Below, in pieces: positions 29,150 through 38,492 of a stretch of DNA of 64,000 nt; position 1 is the stretch's first letter, and each line of letters opens with the position of its first letter. Location: the NCBI GenBank assembly GCA_031422775.1, contig JANPMK010000089.1:14945-78944 (forward strand), read 5' to 3'. Source of the DNA: Akkermansiaceae bacterium. Its GTDB lineage: Bacteria; Verrucomicrobiota; Verrucomicrobiia; Verrucomicrobiales; Akkermansiaceae. The notes under the pieces are model-generated. The model did no database searches. It worked only from the letters and a program-made list of their open reading frames with translations, and had not been told where the DNA came from. Position numbers and translations under genes: made by a program.

Positions 29150-29449
29150 GAGTAATTTGAATGCGATAGCCTTGAATCGCTTCATTCTTGTCATCAATAG
29201 GATTAAATCCTCGGCCGAAGCGCACTAACCTATCATCGAGTCGTTCACTCAACCGTGCTGGAAATACTAGTCGCTCCCTTTGACAAGACGTGAACGAGTC
29301 ATCCGAACATACGATGCTCACATTATTGATGACAGTCTACGGATAATCCCTCGCCATATGATCCTTATATCCACTTTTGTGTCGATTGTGACAACCACTC
29401 GTAATCGAGTTTCGTTACTAACGATTACAATCGATGTAGTATCGAACAT
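29150..29449 (-). pseudogene. decayed GT10-like paralog (internal deletion plus C-terminal truncation)
   Basis: Two frames carry pieces homologous to 32925..34007. MFDTTS...LRVVVTIDTKV matches MFDTPDS...LRVVVTTDSRV. IVCSDDSFTSCQRERLVFPARLSERLDDRLVRFGRGFNPIDDKNEAIQGYR matches VVCSNASFTIGQRERLAFLKRLKEKLGDRLVHFGRGFEPIDDKSAAIQGYR. DNA-level similarity is visible. The catalytic EN..TEK block is missing. Confidence 0.65.
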
Positions 29450-29526
29450 AATCAGAGAAAATCTTAGTTGCTTTTTATTACACGCTCCAGAGATGAAAGT
29501 GCCGATCCAAGGCTCTAGTTCAAGAT

Positions 29527-30369
29527 TCAGAGGGAGAGCCAAGAAAGTGGAATTTTTGGTGTAACGATGGCTTTACGACAAGCAATAACCGTTTTCCCAG
29601 CACCCAACCAAGCTCCCCACCAACTAAACGAACTATTTGCAATAACTGCGTGACGGCAACAGCTCATCAACCATAAATCAGCTAGCTCATCTTCATGATT
29701 CCAATCCACAATTGTTACTGATGATCCATGGAAATCTAGAGATTTCATCACCCATACAGGATCATCCCCAAAAATATAAAAATGTAAATTAGATGCCTTG
29801 GATTGGTGAAAATCGATGGCGCTTTGATAGTATGAACTTGGCAATAATTCTGGGTAGTTCTTACGGCGAACGTGCAGGAACACAGAACCTTCTTCACAAA
29901 GTGCAGTGCCTAAATCTAAATTCCGTGTGTCTATGGGTGGGGGAGGGAATAATTCCTCACGGATATTATCCGCAAAATCTGAAAAATAAGCTTCGTCCTG
30001 CCAATAACCTAACATCGTCACCCTATCCTTACTTAGACTCAAACGAGTGAGCTGTTCTGCTCCAAGGTCTCGCCTTTCGGCAAGATAACTGCGATGCGCT
30101 ATTGGTAGTATTTTGTTCCAGGTTCTCACGGCCTTATGGCGCAGATGCTTTAAGCTGGGTGCTACCCGCCACTCTTCAGGCATTGGCTTTGCCTTGATGG
30201 GAAAATGATCAAGTCGATAGCTCCGTCCGTATCCATCATTTTTGTAACCACGCGTTGTATCGAGAAATAACTCACGACCGTTGCGCAGCGCAAATGCTCT
30301 TGCAGCAGCGTAGATAAACAGCTGGTTACCCAAGCCTCCCTTAATGATAGAAATGACTGCTTTCGGCAT
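29527..30369 (-). CDS. glycosyltransferase family 11 (alpha-1,2-fucosyltransferase-like)
   Basis: GGLGNQLFIYAAARA, LHVRRKNY and ANSSFSWWGAWL are the three GT11 signature blocks. Confidence 0.85.
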   Translation of the reverse strand: MPKAVISIIKGGLGNQLFIYAAARAFALRNGRELFLDTTRGYKNDGYGRSYRLDHFPIKAKPMPEEWRVAPSLKHLRHKAVRTWNKILPIAHRSYLAERRDLGAEQLTRLSLSKDRVTMLGYWQDEAYFSDFADNIREELFPPPPIDTRNLDLGTALCEEGSVFLHVRRKNYPELLPSSYYQSAIDFHQSKASNLHFYIFGDDPVWVMKSLDFHGSSVTIVDWNHEDELADLWLMSCCRHAVIANSSFSWWGAWLGAGKTVIACRKAIVTPKIPLSWLSL

Positions 30370-30483
30370 TAATGCGTGTACCTAATCGGCAATATCATCT
30401 GACGACAAGCCCAATTCTTTAGAACAGCTCTGCATTATCTCTGACGCTTGACAACAAATAGAGACAGCGACACGATTGATTTG

Positions 30484-30509
30484 TCTTTGTGCTGCTGGCA
30501 GCACAAAGA
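30484..30509. promoter_or_regulatory. perfect 12-bp-arm palindrome in the divergent GT11/methyltransferase intergenic region (candidate operator or 5'-UTR hairpin)
   Basis: TCTTTGTGCTGC-TG-GCAGCACAAAGA, read directly. It ends 20 nt upstream of ATG 30529. Confidence 0.4.
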
Positions 30510-30528
30510 TTAAAAATTGATTCCGATT

Positions 30529-31329
30529 ATGAGTTTTGATAATTTGCGATTTCTAATAACTGGTGGTCGAAAAGAACATATTTTTGAACTATACGATCTG
30601 ATTCGTCCGAAAACATACCCAGGACTCAAGAAAATAAGGATCGGCAACCGAGCATCCGACGGCGGTTATGTCATGATCGATGATTTCGAGGGAATGAAGG
30701 GAGCGCTGTCTCTCGGCATAGGAAATGATATTTCATGGGATTTGGAAATGAGCCAATATGGTGTGGATATTTACCAATTTGACCACACCGTCGAAGCTCC
30801 GGATGCAGTCAAAAATAACCCCCTGTTGCATTTCCATCAGTGCGGCATTTCCGGCATTCAGGGGCAGCATCCCAAGATGAAAACAATTGGTGAAATCCTG
30901 AGTCAGGAAATGTCTGGCTACGTTGGCGACTTGATCCTCAAAATTGATATTGACGGCTATGAATGGGAGGTTTTTGAGCACATGCCAATGGAAATCCTTC
31001 GGAGATTCCGCCAGATTTGCATCGAGATCCACAATCCTCTGGGACGTCCAAGCCAATCAAATTGGCGTCTCAGAAACCTTAATATACTACGTAAGCTTCA
31101 CTCGGTTTTTGCGCCCGTCCATCTCCATGCCAATAATGCAAGTCCCCCACGGATGTTTTGTGGATATGCGGTTCCGAAGCTTCTCGAAATCACCTACATT
31201 CGTAGAGACGGTCAGTCGTTCAACGATTCACAAGAGTCTTTTCCTGGCGAGTATGATGTCCCTAACATCGCTTCTCTTCCTGAAATTAAAATCGGCGAAA
31301 TCTTAGCTCGCTCCAAACGTAATTCCTAA
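30529..31329 (+). CDS. FkbM-like methyltransferase-fold protein
   Basis: LSLGIGNDISWDLEMSQYGVDIYQFDHTV (nucleotide-binding-like block) and LKIDIDGYEWEVF (FkbM KIDxEGxE-like block). Weaker match than the other two FkbM genes. Confidence 0.5.
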   Translation: MSFDNLRFLITGGRKEHIFELYDLIRPKTYPGLKKIRIGNRASDGGYVMIDDFEGMKGALSLGIGNDISWDLEMSQYGVDIYQFDHTVEAPDAVKNNPLLHFHQCGISGIQGQHPKMKTIGEILSQEMSGYVGDLILKIDIDGYEWEVFEHMPMEILRRFRQICIEIHNPLGRPSQSNWRLRNLNILRKLHSVFAPVHLHANNASPPRMFCGYAVPKLLEITYIRRDGQSFNDSQESFPGEYDVPNIASLPEIKIGEILARSKRNS

Positions 31330-31384
31330 ATAACGCCTACGTTTCTCCAGGATTCCCAGTAACAAAACGTTCCTTTTTTGCATT

Positions 31385-32026
31385 ATGAAAGTCAGTAAAA
31401 TCATCGGATTTCATCTACCGTGGAAACACACGATCGTTCAATTCAGTCCGATACGATCTGGTAGCACCCTGCTTTTTAACCTGCTCAGTGAACTCTACCC
31501 ACAAGCATCGATTGAAAAACAGCATACCTACGGTTGGTATTTCAATCATCTAAAAGTAATTTCCTCAGTGCGACATCCCTTCGATTGTGTTGGATCAATC
31601 GTTCAGGCCCACAAAAAGGAACTGACCATGGAAACAGTCGAGTGGACGACAAATCGTTTCCTTAACAATGGTGGAAACGATATCACCAAGGTCAAAGATC
31701 GTGGGAATGTTCGAGTACTCCGCTACGAGTCATTCGTCAATAACTATGACGTGATTTTCGATACCTTGGAGGAATTCATGGGGCTTAAAGTAGACCAGGT
31801 CACACGTGAAAACATCAATGCAAAATTCAATCGTGACGGCGTACGCAAAATCATGGCGGAAAAGAAAAATTTCGCTGAATGGGATGATAAGACACTCATT
31901 CATGGCGATCACATATCCGTGCGAGATGGTCAATGCGGCTACGGCAAAGAGATGTTCTCTCCTGAGCAGCAGGATTACATCGCGGCGCGTTGCAAGGAAT
32001 ACATGACGGCTTTTGACTACCAATGA
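31385..32026 (+). CDS. sulfotransferase-like protein
   Basis: FSPIRSGSTLLFNLL resembles the PAPS 5'-phosphosulfate-binding loop P(K/R)SG(S/T)T. SSVRHPFDCVGS resembles the 3'-phosphate-binding R.P.D...S block. Confidence 0.55.
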   Translation: MKVSKIIGFHLPWKHTIVQFSPIRSGSTLLFNLLSELYPQASIEKQHTYGWYFNHLKVISSVRHPFDCVGSIVQAHKKELTMETVEWTTNRFLNNGGNDITKVKDRGNVRVLRYESFVNNYDVIFDTLEEFMGLKVDQVTRENINAKFNRDGVRKIMAEKKNFAEWDDKTLIHGDHISVRDGQCGYGKEMFSPEQQDYIAARCKEYMTAFDYQ

Positions 32027-32113
32027 CCAAGGTATCATCCATGCAGGACTTCAAATAAACCGCAACTTCGTTTCTGATCTCTGGATAACAACTAATCGTC
32101 AAAATATCAAACG

Positions 32114-32905
32114 ATGATGCATGATTCTAAAGTCTATTGCATTGGAGACAGCCATATATCCTTTTTCAGTGGGAAAGACTCCATCCAACCTTCATGGCCA
32201 ACGGTTTCTCAAGACCTGCTTCCATGGTTCAAAACGTTTCACATCGGTCCTGCATTGGCTTTCAACCTCAGCCGTGAGGGCACCCAGACCCAGGGTCGCG
32301 AGAAAATCTTTGATATTCTGAAAAAACATATTCCTTGTGGAGCCACGCTTCTCCTTTCCTTCGGTGAAATCGATTGCCGTATGCATCTAACTAAACAGGC
32401 AGAGCAAAGACAAGAACCTCTCTCCGGCGTTGTCGGAAATTGTTTGGATGAATATTTCAAAATCATCTCAGAGATGATTGATTTGGGTTATCGCATCATC
32501 GTTTACAATGCCGTGCCATCGCACTCCAAAAGCCGTAAGCTCCGTAGAGCAGGAACCCACGCTTACGCATCCTACGGCACCAAAGAGCAGCGAACCCATG
32601 CTATCCGCTTATTCAATGCCGGAGCAAAAGAACGTAGTGCCAAAGTAGGTGCTTATTTTTTGGAGAATGCCCACCACCTAACTAACTCCGCTGGCAAACC
32701 CTACAATTGGTACTTTTTCGATAGCATCCATCTCTCCCAGCGCGCCATGCCAGCGACTCTTCATGAGCTGGCCATATTGTTGCCTGATCTGAATTTAAAG
32801 GGGCCTCCGATTTCAACTCTGAACTTCAATTTACGCCTGCGCGATTGGCTTCACAGGCGATATTTACGGATACGTAAGGAGCTTTCGAAATTACGTCGTA
32901 AATAA
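32114..32905 (+). CDS. SGNH/GDSL-like hydrolase-fold protein (possible glycan O-acyl esterase or transferase)
   Basis: N-terminal KVYCIGDSHISFFSG (block I GDS motif). The remaining blocks are not confidently recognised. Confidence 0.4.
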   Translation: MMHDSKVYCIGDSHISFFSGKDSIQPSWPTVSQDLLPWFKTFHIGPALAFNLSREGTQTQGREKIFDILKKHIPCGATLLLSFGEIDCRMHLTKQAEQRQEPLSGVVGNCLDEYFKIISEMIDLGYRIIVYNAVPSHSKSRKLRRAGTHAYASYGTKEQRTHAIRLFNAGAKERSAKVGAYFLENAHHLTNSAGKPYNWYFFDSIHLSQRAMPATLHELAILLPDLNLKGPPISTLNFNLRLRDWLHRRYLRIRKELSKLRRK

Positions 32906-32924
32906 AACAAATGATTCCATTGAG

Positions 32925-34007
32925 TCATTTGCCGCGCCGTTTTATACGAAAAATGAGTCCCCTCGGAAATGGTCTGAAAGCCTTATGTGAACGGATCATC
33001 GTTTCAGTGGGTTTAGCGGTTGGATTGTAAAACATTTCAGCCCAGCGCGCCCAAGCAACCCACGGATTATATCTGTATAATACTTGTTCCCTTGCTCTAC
33101 CAACTGCTTGAATCTCTTCAGGCTCTCTGGGAAGATCAAGCAACGCAGCAATTCTATCCGCTGCATGGTCCGGTGATTTGATGTCTAAAGCGATAAAGGA
33201 ATTTTTAGGAAAATATTCGTCGAGATTTGGACAGCCAATATATAATGGAAACGCCCATCCCAGATATGCATCGAGGATTTTCTCTGTCCAGTAATGCGGC
33301 GCGCGGCAGTTTTCCATCGCTAGATGAAAGCGATAGCCTTGTATCGCAGCTGACTTGTCATCAATAGGTTCAAAGCCACGACCAAAATGCACAAGCCTAT
33401 CACCCAACTTCTCCTTGAGTCTTTTGAGAAAAGCCAGACGCTCCCTTTGTCCGATTGTGAAAGATGCGTTGGAACATACGACACTGACTTTATTCAGGAC
33501 AGCCTCGGGCGCTTTCATCGCTTCCAACTCTCTGAATCCAATTTCAATATTTGACGAAAGATGATTGAATCCGAACTGCCAGCTTAGGCAGGGTGCATGC
33601 AGTGTTACACGAGGATGACCCGATTGCTTGTGGGTATCAATAATTTGATGAAACTGCCTATAGAATGCTTTCGGATATACTTTTTTAGACTCTGGCTCAG
33701 CTGCGATGAATAAGGTGTTTTCTGGGCTACACCTCATCTTTTCCATCGGTCGCGCATTAGCAAAAACAATCCAAAAATCAGCTTCCATTTCCTCTTTAGG
33801 ATTGAGGAAAAACTCACATCTGCCAATTTTGGGGTTTTTGCCTTCACTATATTCAGGGGCAATTTTTCCCAATCCACTGACACGACTATCAGTCGTGACA
33901 ACCACCCGCAAATACTTGCTGTGTATTCGGCTATCAGGAGTATCAAACATGTTGAAGACATGATCTATAACTTTCTTTGATTCTACAAGAACTTCCCATT
34001 CTTCCAA
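32925..34007 (-). CDS. GT10-like glycosyltransferase, paralog of 26435..27511
   Basis: YRFHLAMENCRAPHYWTEKILDAYLGWAFPLYIGCPN signature. Colinear with the other copy. The track start is TTG; Met20 (nt 33950) is an alternative. Confidence 0.6.
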   Translation of the reverse strand: MEEWEVLVESKKVIDHVFNMFDTPDSRIHSKYLRVVVTTDSRVSGLGKIAPEYSEGKNPKIGRCEFFLNPKEEMEADFWIVFANARPMEKMRCSPENTLFIAAEPESKKVYPKAFYRQFHQIIDTHKQSGHPRVTLHAPCLSWQFGFNHLSSNIEIGFRELEAMKAPEAVLNKVSVVCSNASFTIGQRERLAFLKRLKEKLGDRLVHFGRGFEPIDDKSAAIQGYRFHLAMENCRAPHYWTEKILDAYLGWAFPLYIGCPNLDEYFPKNSFIALDIKSPDHAADRIAALLDLPREPEEIQAVGRAREQVLYRYNPWVAWARWAEMFYNPTAKPTETMIRSHKAFRPFPRGLIFRIKRRGK

Positions 34008-34194
34008 TTTCAGCCTCGAGTCTAGAATCTATTTTCTCATCTTAACTCCTTCACTGATGAATTCTCATCCTATAGAAGAAACTTAAGTTGCTCAGCGTCT
34101 GATTTTTTGAGAAATTCTTGCCGCTAACTTGCGAAAGTTATTTCAAAGCTTTACAAGATTAAGAATACATTTTTCGATTAAAATTGTCTTTATC

Positions 34195-34998
34195 ATGAAT
34201 TTATCTAATAAAAAACCAGCAGCGATTGATACTAATATGCGTCACCGGATGCTGAGAGCATTTCGTGCTCCATTCAAACGCATGACACAGCTTATTGGTT
34301 TTGAGATTAAGAAAATTCGGAAATTTTCAGCCAAAGATGTCGCATTTCTACATATTGGGAAAAATGCTGGCACTCAAATCAGGTATCTTGAAAAGCTAAT
34401 CAATGACGCTCAGAGCCAAATCAGATTCGTTAATTATGGTCATGCCTTAAAATTAAATAATATACCAGAATCTGTTCCATATTTTTTTAGTATTAGAAAT
34501 CCTGTAACCCGATTCAAATCTGCGTTCTATTCGCGAAAACAAATAGAACGACGTTGGCATGACGTGGAAAAAATAGCGTTCGCGGATTTCGAGCATGCTA
34601 ATGATCTCGCTGAAGCCTTATTTTCAGGCGGAGACGCTGGAACACGCGCGTTTTGGGCAATGAACAACATCGGTCATGTCAACTCCGATCAGTTTGAATG
34701 GCTTGAAAATTGTGGCTACATATTCACACACAGAGAACCTATTTTTATTATTAGACAGGAAAACTTTGAAGCTGATTTCAAAGTTTTACTCCAAAGGTTG
34801 CATCTGCGTATAGATTGGAATCATTTGGACATCGCACCAAAACAGCAACGCTCAAATTCTTTTGATTATTTGGATACGCCAGAGCTATCTCCGTTAGCCG
34901 TGTCAAATTTAGAGCTTTGGTATAAGCGCGATTTTGAGTTTCACCGCACTTGTGTCGAATGGATTGAATCAAAAAAATCAAATGTAGATGATGTCTGA
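34195..34998 (+). CDS. sulfotransferase family 2-like protein
   Basis: FLHIGKNAGTQI (compare HIPKTGGT PAPS loop) and SIRNPVTRFKSAFY (compare RDPxxRxxS). Start moved to ATG 34195. Confidence 0.6.
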   Translation: MNLSNKKPAAIDTNMRHRMLRAFRAPFKRMTQLIGFEIKKIRKFSAKDVAFLHIGKNAGTQIRYLEKLINDAQSQIRFVNYGHALKLNNIPESVPYFFSIRNPVTRFKSAFYSRKQIERRWHDVEKIAFADFEHANDLAEALFSGGDAGTRAFWAMNNIGHVNSDQFEWLENCGYIFTHREPIFIIRQENFEADFKVLLQRLHLRIDWNHLDIAPKQQRSNSFDYLDTPELSPLAVSNLELWYKRDFEFHRTCVEWIESKKSNVDDV

Positions 34999-35012
34999 AA
35001 AATATAAATTAT

Positions 35013-36290
35013 TTAGGCGCGATGATACTTTGCAGGACGTTTTTCACCGGCAATAGCGTTTCGTGTGTCCACTAGAGGAATCTGATAACTTGAGAAATCA
35101 TGCGTCTTGTAAACGTCATGGCCCGTGGACAAGACAATCAAATCATAGTCCTGAGAAATTTTCGCTTCTGACTTACGGCCTGCATACGCGGCGTGTTCGC
35201 GCGTCATTGGGATGACTGGCACAAATGGATCGTGGTAAAATACTTGGGCTCCCAGAGCTTCAAATTTCTCGATTAACTTGTAGGTAGGCGACTCGCGGTC
35301 GTCATCGACATTCGCTTTATAAGCCAGACCTAGGATCAATATTTTAGACCCGTTAACCGCTTTACCCTCACCATTCAATGCTTCAAAAGCAACCTTCACT
35401 ACATGATCCGGCATCGATGTATTGATTTCACCAGCGAGCTCGATAAATCGTGTGTGTTGGCCGAATTCTCGCGCTTTCCAAGTGAGATAAAACGGATCGA
35501 TGGGGATGCAATGTCCTCCGAGTCCCGGACCGGGATAAAACGGCATGAATCCAAATGGTTTGGTCTTAGCCGCCTCAATCACCTCCCAAATATCGATCCC
35601 CATTGCGCCGTAAACGATTTTCAATTCGTTCACCAAGGCGATGTTCACAGAACGAAAAATGTTTTCTAGCAGTTTGCTGGCTTCAGCAACGCGACAGGAA
35701 CTGACAGGTACAAGTTTATCTATCGCAAGACTATAAAGCTGTATGGCTTTTTCCAAGCACTCGGGGGTAAGACCGCCAACGACTTTAGGAATCGATGCCA
35801 CTTTGCTATCCGGATTACCTGGATCTTCGCGTTCGGGAGAAAACGCTAAGTGAAAATCGACCCCAGCTTTTTTACCTGAGCCATTTTCAAGCACGCTTAA
35901 TAATTCGCCATCCGTGGTTCCCGGGTAAGTGGTGGATTCCAATACAATTAACGCGCCCTGCTTCATATGCGGAGCAAGTGAACGCCCCGTATCAAGAACG
36001 TAGCTCAAGTCAGGTTCCCTGAAATGATTTAACGGTGTAGGCAGGCAGAGAATGACCGCATCAGCCTCTGATACTCGGGAAAAATCGGTGGATGCATCGA
36101 GTTTTCCGCTTTTGACCTGCACACTAATATCATCAGCGGCCACATGTTTAATATAGGTTTTACCGGCGAGTATCGCATCGGTCTTTTTAGAATCGATGTC
36201 TAAACCCAACACTTTGACCCCACGTCGCGCAAACTGGAGCGCCAGAGGGAGTCCTACATATCCGAGACCTACGATTGCGATTTGATTCAT
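35013..36290 (-). CDS. UDP-glucose/GDP-mannose dehydrogenase family nucleotide-sugar dehydrogenase (UDP-N-acetyl-hexosamine 6-dehydrogenase-like)
   Basis: IAIVGLGYVGLPLA NAD-binding fold and catalytic Cys block GPGLGGHCIPIDP. 425 aa. Confidence 0.85.
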   Translation of the reverse strand: MNQIAIVGLGYVGLPLALQFARRGVKVLGLDIDSKKTDAILAGKTYIKHVAADDISVQVKSGKLDASTDFSRVSEADAVILCLPTPLNHFREPDLSYVLDTGRSLAPHMKQGALIVLESTTYPGTTDGELLSVLENGSGKKAGVDFHLAFSPEREDPGNPDSKVASIPKVVGGLTPECLEKAIQLYSLAIDKLVPVSSCRVAEASKLLENIFRSVNIALVNELKIVYGAMGIDIWEVIEAAKTKPFGFMPFYPGPGLGGHCIPIDPFYLTWKAREFGQHTRFIELAGEINTSMPDHVVKVAFEALNGEGKAVNGSKILILGLAYKANVDDDRESPTYKLIEKFEALGAQVFYHDPFVPVIPMTREHAAYAGRKSEAKISQDYDLIVLSTGHDVYKTHDFSSYQIPLVDTRNAIAGEKRPAKYHRA

Positions 36291-36321
36291 GAAGCGGCGC
36301 TATTCATCTCACGAGATTGGC

Positions 36322-37455
36322 TCAGATGGTAGAAGTTTTTTCGCCAACCTCGCCCACCAGCTCTTTGTAGAGATTCAAAGTGCCAGCGCACATGGACTCG
36401 AGGTAAAACGCGGAGTCTGGCACTTTTGGAATGGGCTTGTTGGCGAGAATGCGGATGGCAGCATCGAGGAGTTCAGCGGAATCCATGAGTTTGACACGGC
36501 CCTCGGGAAAAATCACTTCGAGCAACTCGCCAACTCCCCCGCAGTCGTAGCCCAATACCGGCTTACCAATCGCTAATGCTTCCAAAACCGTTCGTCCGAA
36601 TGACTCAGGCTGTTGGGAAAGCGCACATACCACTTGGCTGATAGCCATGATCTCGCGCACATCGGAGCGATGGCCAGTAAAAGTAACCGAATCCTCCAAC
36701 CCCTTGTCTCTGACCAGTGATCGCAACTCCTCAAGATAAGCCCGTTTTTTCGGATGCGTATCTCCCACCACTAAACCGTGCACTGCATTTCCTAACTTTT
36801 TCAATTCACTGAGTAATTCGAAAAAGTCCGCATGCCCTTTGAGTCTCGTGATGCGACCCGGTAACACCAACACCGCTTTCCCTTCGAGGTGTGGATTTTC
36901 GCTTCTCCATCGTTCCAGCCAGTCTTTCGAAGGTTTATAATTTGGCGGATAATCGGCGGGATTGATTCCACGATAAATGAGAGAGACTTTTTCAGCAGGA
37001 GTTTGCGGATAGTATTTTAAAATATAATCACGGATACTCTCAGATACCGCGATAACCCGTTCGCCTTTTGTCATGATGGCGGAGTAAAAGCTCACAGAAT
37101 AAAAGCCGTGAACTGTGCTGACCAAACGCGGACGCGTGGCGGGATCCAATTTTCGCCAAGCCAACCATGCGATCCAACCCGGCACTCGTGAGCGAATGTG
37201 CAGGATGTCCGGCTTTTCCTTTTCAAGTAATGCTCTGAAAGCTTTCACCTGAAACAATGAGCTCAATCTTTTGCGATGCACCGGCATAGCGATATGCCTG
37301 CCGCCCATTTTTTCTAACGCCTCCACTTGCCTACCACCGTTCGAAACCACCAGTGCTTCATGGCCGTTTTTTACCAAGTAATCCGCGATTTCCAGCGTCC
37401 CACGCTCGACTCCACCGGAATTTAACTCAGGTAATATTTGTAAAACTTTCATCAC
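36322..37455 (-). CDS. glycosyltransferase family 4 (GT-B, retaining)
   Basis: NSGGVERGTLEIA N-terminus and E-x7-E region PESFGRTVLEALAIGKPV. The start overlaps the rfbB stop by 4 nt. Confidence 0.8.
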   Translation of the reverse strand: MMKVLQILPELNSGGVERGTLEIADYLVKNGHEALVVSNGGRQVEALEKMGGRHIAMPVHRKRLSSLFQVKAFRALLEKEKPDILHIRSRVPGWIAWLAWRKLDPATRPRLVSTVHGFYSVSFYSAIMTKGERVIAVSESIRDYILKYYPQTPAEKVSLIYRGINPADYPPNYKPSKDWLERWRSENPHLEGKAVLVLPGRITRLKGHADFFELLSELKKLGNAVHGLVVGDTHPKKRAYLEELRSLVRDKGLEDSVTFTGHRSDVREIMAISQVVCALSQQPESFGRTVLEALAIGKPVLGYDCGGVGELLEVIFPEGRVKLMDSAELLDAAIRILANKPIPKVPDSAFYLESMCAGTLNLYKELVGEVGEKTSTI

Positions 37456-38492
37456 TTAAATTCACCTGCACGATAGCTACCATCCAATATAGAATCCCAC
37501 CATGCTCGATTTTCAAAATACCACCTGACCGTGGATTCCAATCCCTCAGAAAAGCTCACCATTGGCTTCCAGCCAAGCTCTGAACGCAACTTTCCACTGT
37601 CCACCGCATAACGAAAATCGTGACCGGGTCTGTCAGCCACAAATTTCACTAGCTGATCCGCTCCAGAGATCTGCGAACCGTAATCCATCGAAACCCTTTC
37701 GATGATACTCAGCAACTCTCTGACCAAATCGATATTCCTAACCTCTGAGTTTCCTCCAATTACATATTCGGAACCCACTCGCCCGTTTTCAGAAATTTTC
37801 AGCAAAGCCTCACAATGATCCTGCACATGCAACCAATCGCGAACATTCTCTCCTGTCCCATAAACTGGAATCGGATTTCCTAAAATTCCCGCTAAAATCA
37901 CCATGGGAATGAGCTTTTCGGGAAACTGATAAGGGCCATAGTTATTTGAGCAATTCACAAACACCGTCGGCAACCCATAGGTTTGGTGCCATGCGCGAAC
38001 CAAGTGATCGCTGCCGGCTTTACTTGCAGAATATGGCGAATTTGGCTGATACCGACTTTTTTCATCGAATGCATCGCCCTCACCTGACGATCCAAAAACT
38101 TCATCGGTTGAGACATGGATGATCCGAAAATCATGATTCTTCTGCTTCCAAAATTCCAACGCGGCATCTAACAAACATGCCGTTCCAAGGACATTGGTTT
38201 TTACGAAATCCAATGGCTCTGCAATCGAACGATCCACGTGACTTTCAGCAGCCAGATGGAAAATTCGATCGGGTTTGAATTCGGAAATCACTTCTCCAAG
38301 TCTCTCACGATCCGCCACGTCTCCGAGAGCGAAATGATATCGCGGATGATTTTCCACATCGCGCAGTGAACCCCTATTCCCCGCGTAAGTCAGCTTATCA
38401 AAATTCAAAACCTCATGTCCGAGATCTAACAATCGTCGCACCAGGTTGACGCCAATGAAACCCGCACCACCTGTGACAAGTATTCGTTTCAT
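37452..38492 (-). CDS. rfbB: dTDP-glucose 4,6-dehydratase
   Basis: TGGAGFIG, DKLTYAGN, YSASKAGSDHLV and a C-terminal WW motif. 346 aa. Confidence 0.9.
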   Translation of the reverse strand: MKRILVTGGAGFIGVNLVRRLLDLGHEVLNFDKLTYAGNRGSLRDVENHPRYHFALGDVADRERLGEVISEFKPDRIFHLAAESHVDRSIAEPLDFVKTNVLGTACLLDAALEFWKQKNHDFRIIHVSTDEVFGSSGEGDAFDEKSRYQPNSPYSASKAGSDHLVRAWHQTYGLPTVFVNCSNNYGPYQFPEKLIPMVILAGILGNPIPVYGTGENVRDWLHVQDHCEALLKISENGRVGSEYVIGGNSEVRNIDLVRELLSIIERVSMDYGSQISGADQLVKFVADRPGHDFRYAVDSGKLRSELGWKPMVSFSEGLESTVRWYFENRAWWDSILDGSYRAGEFK

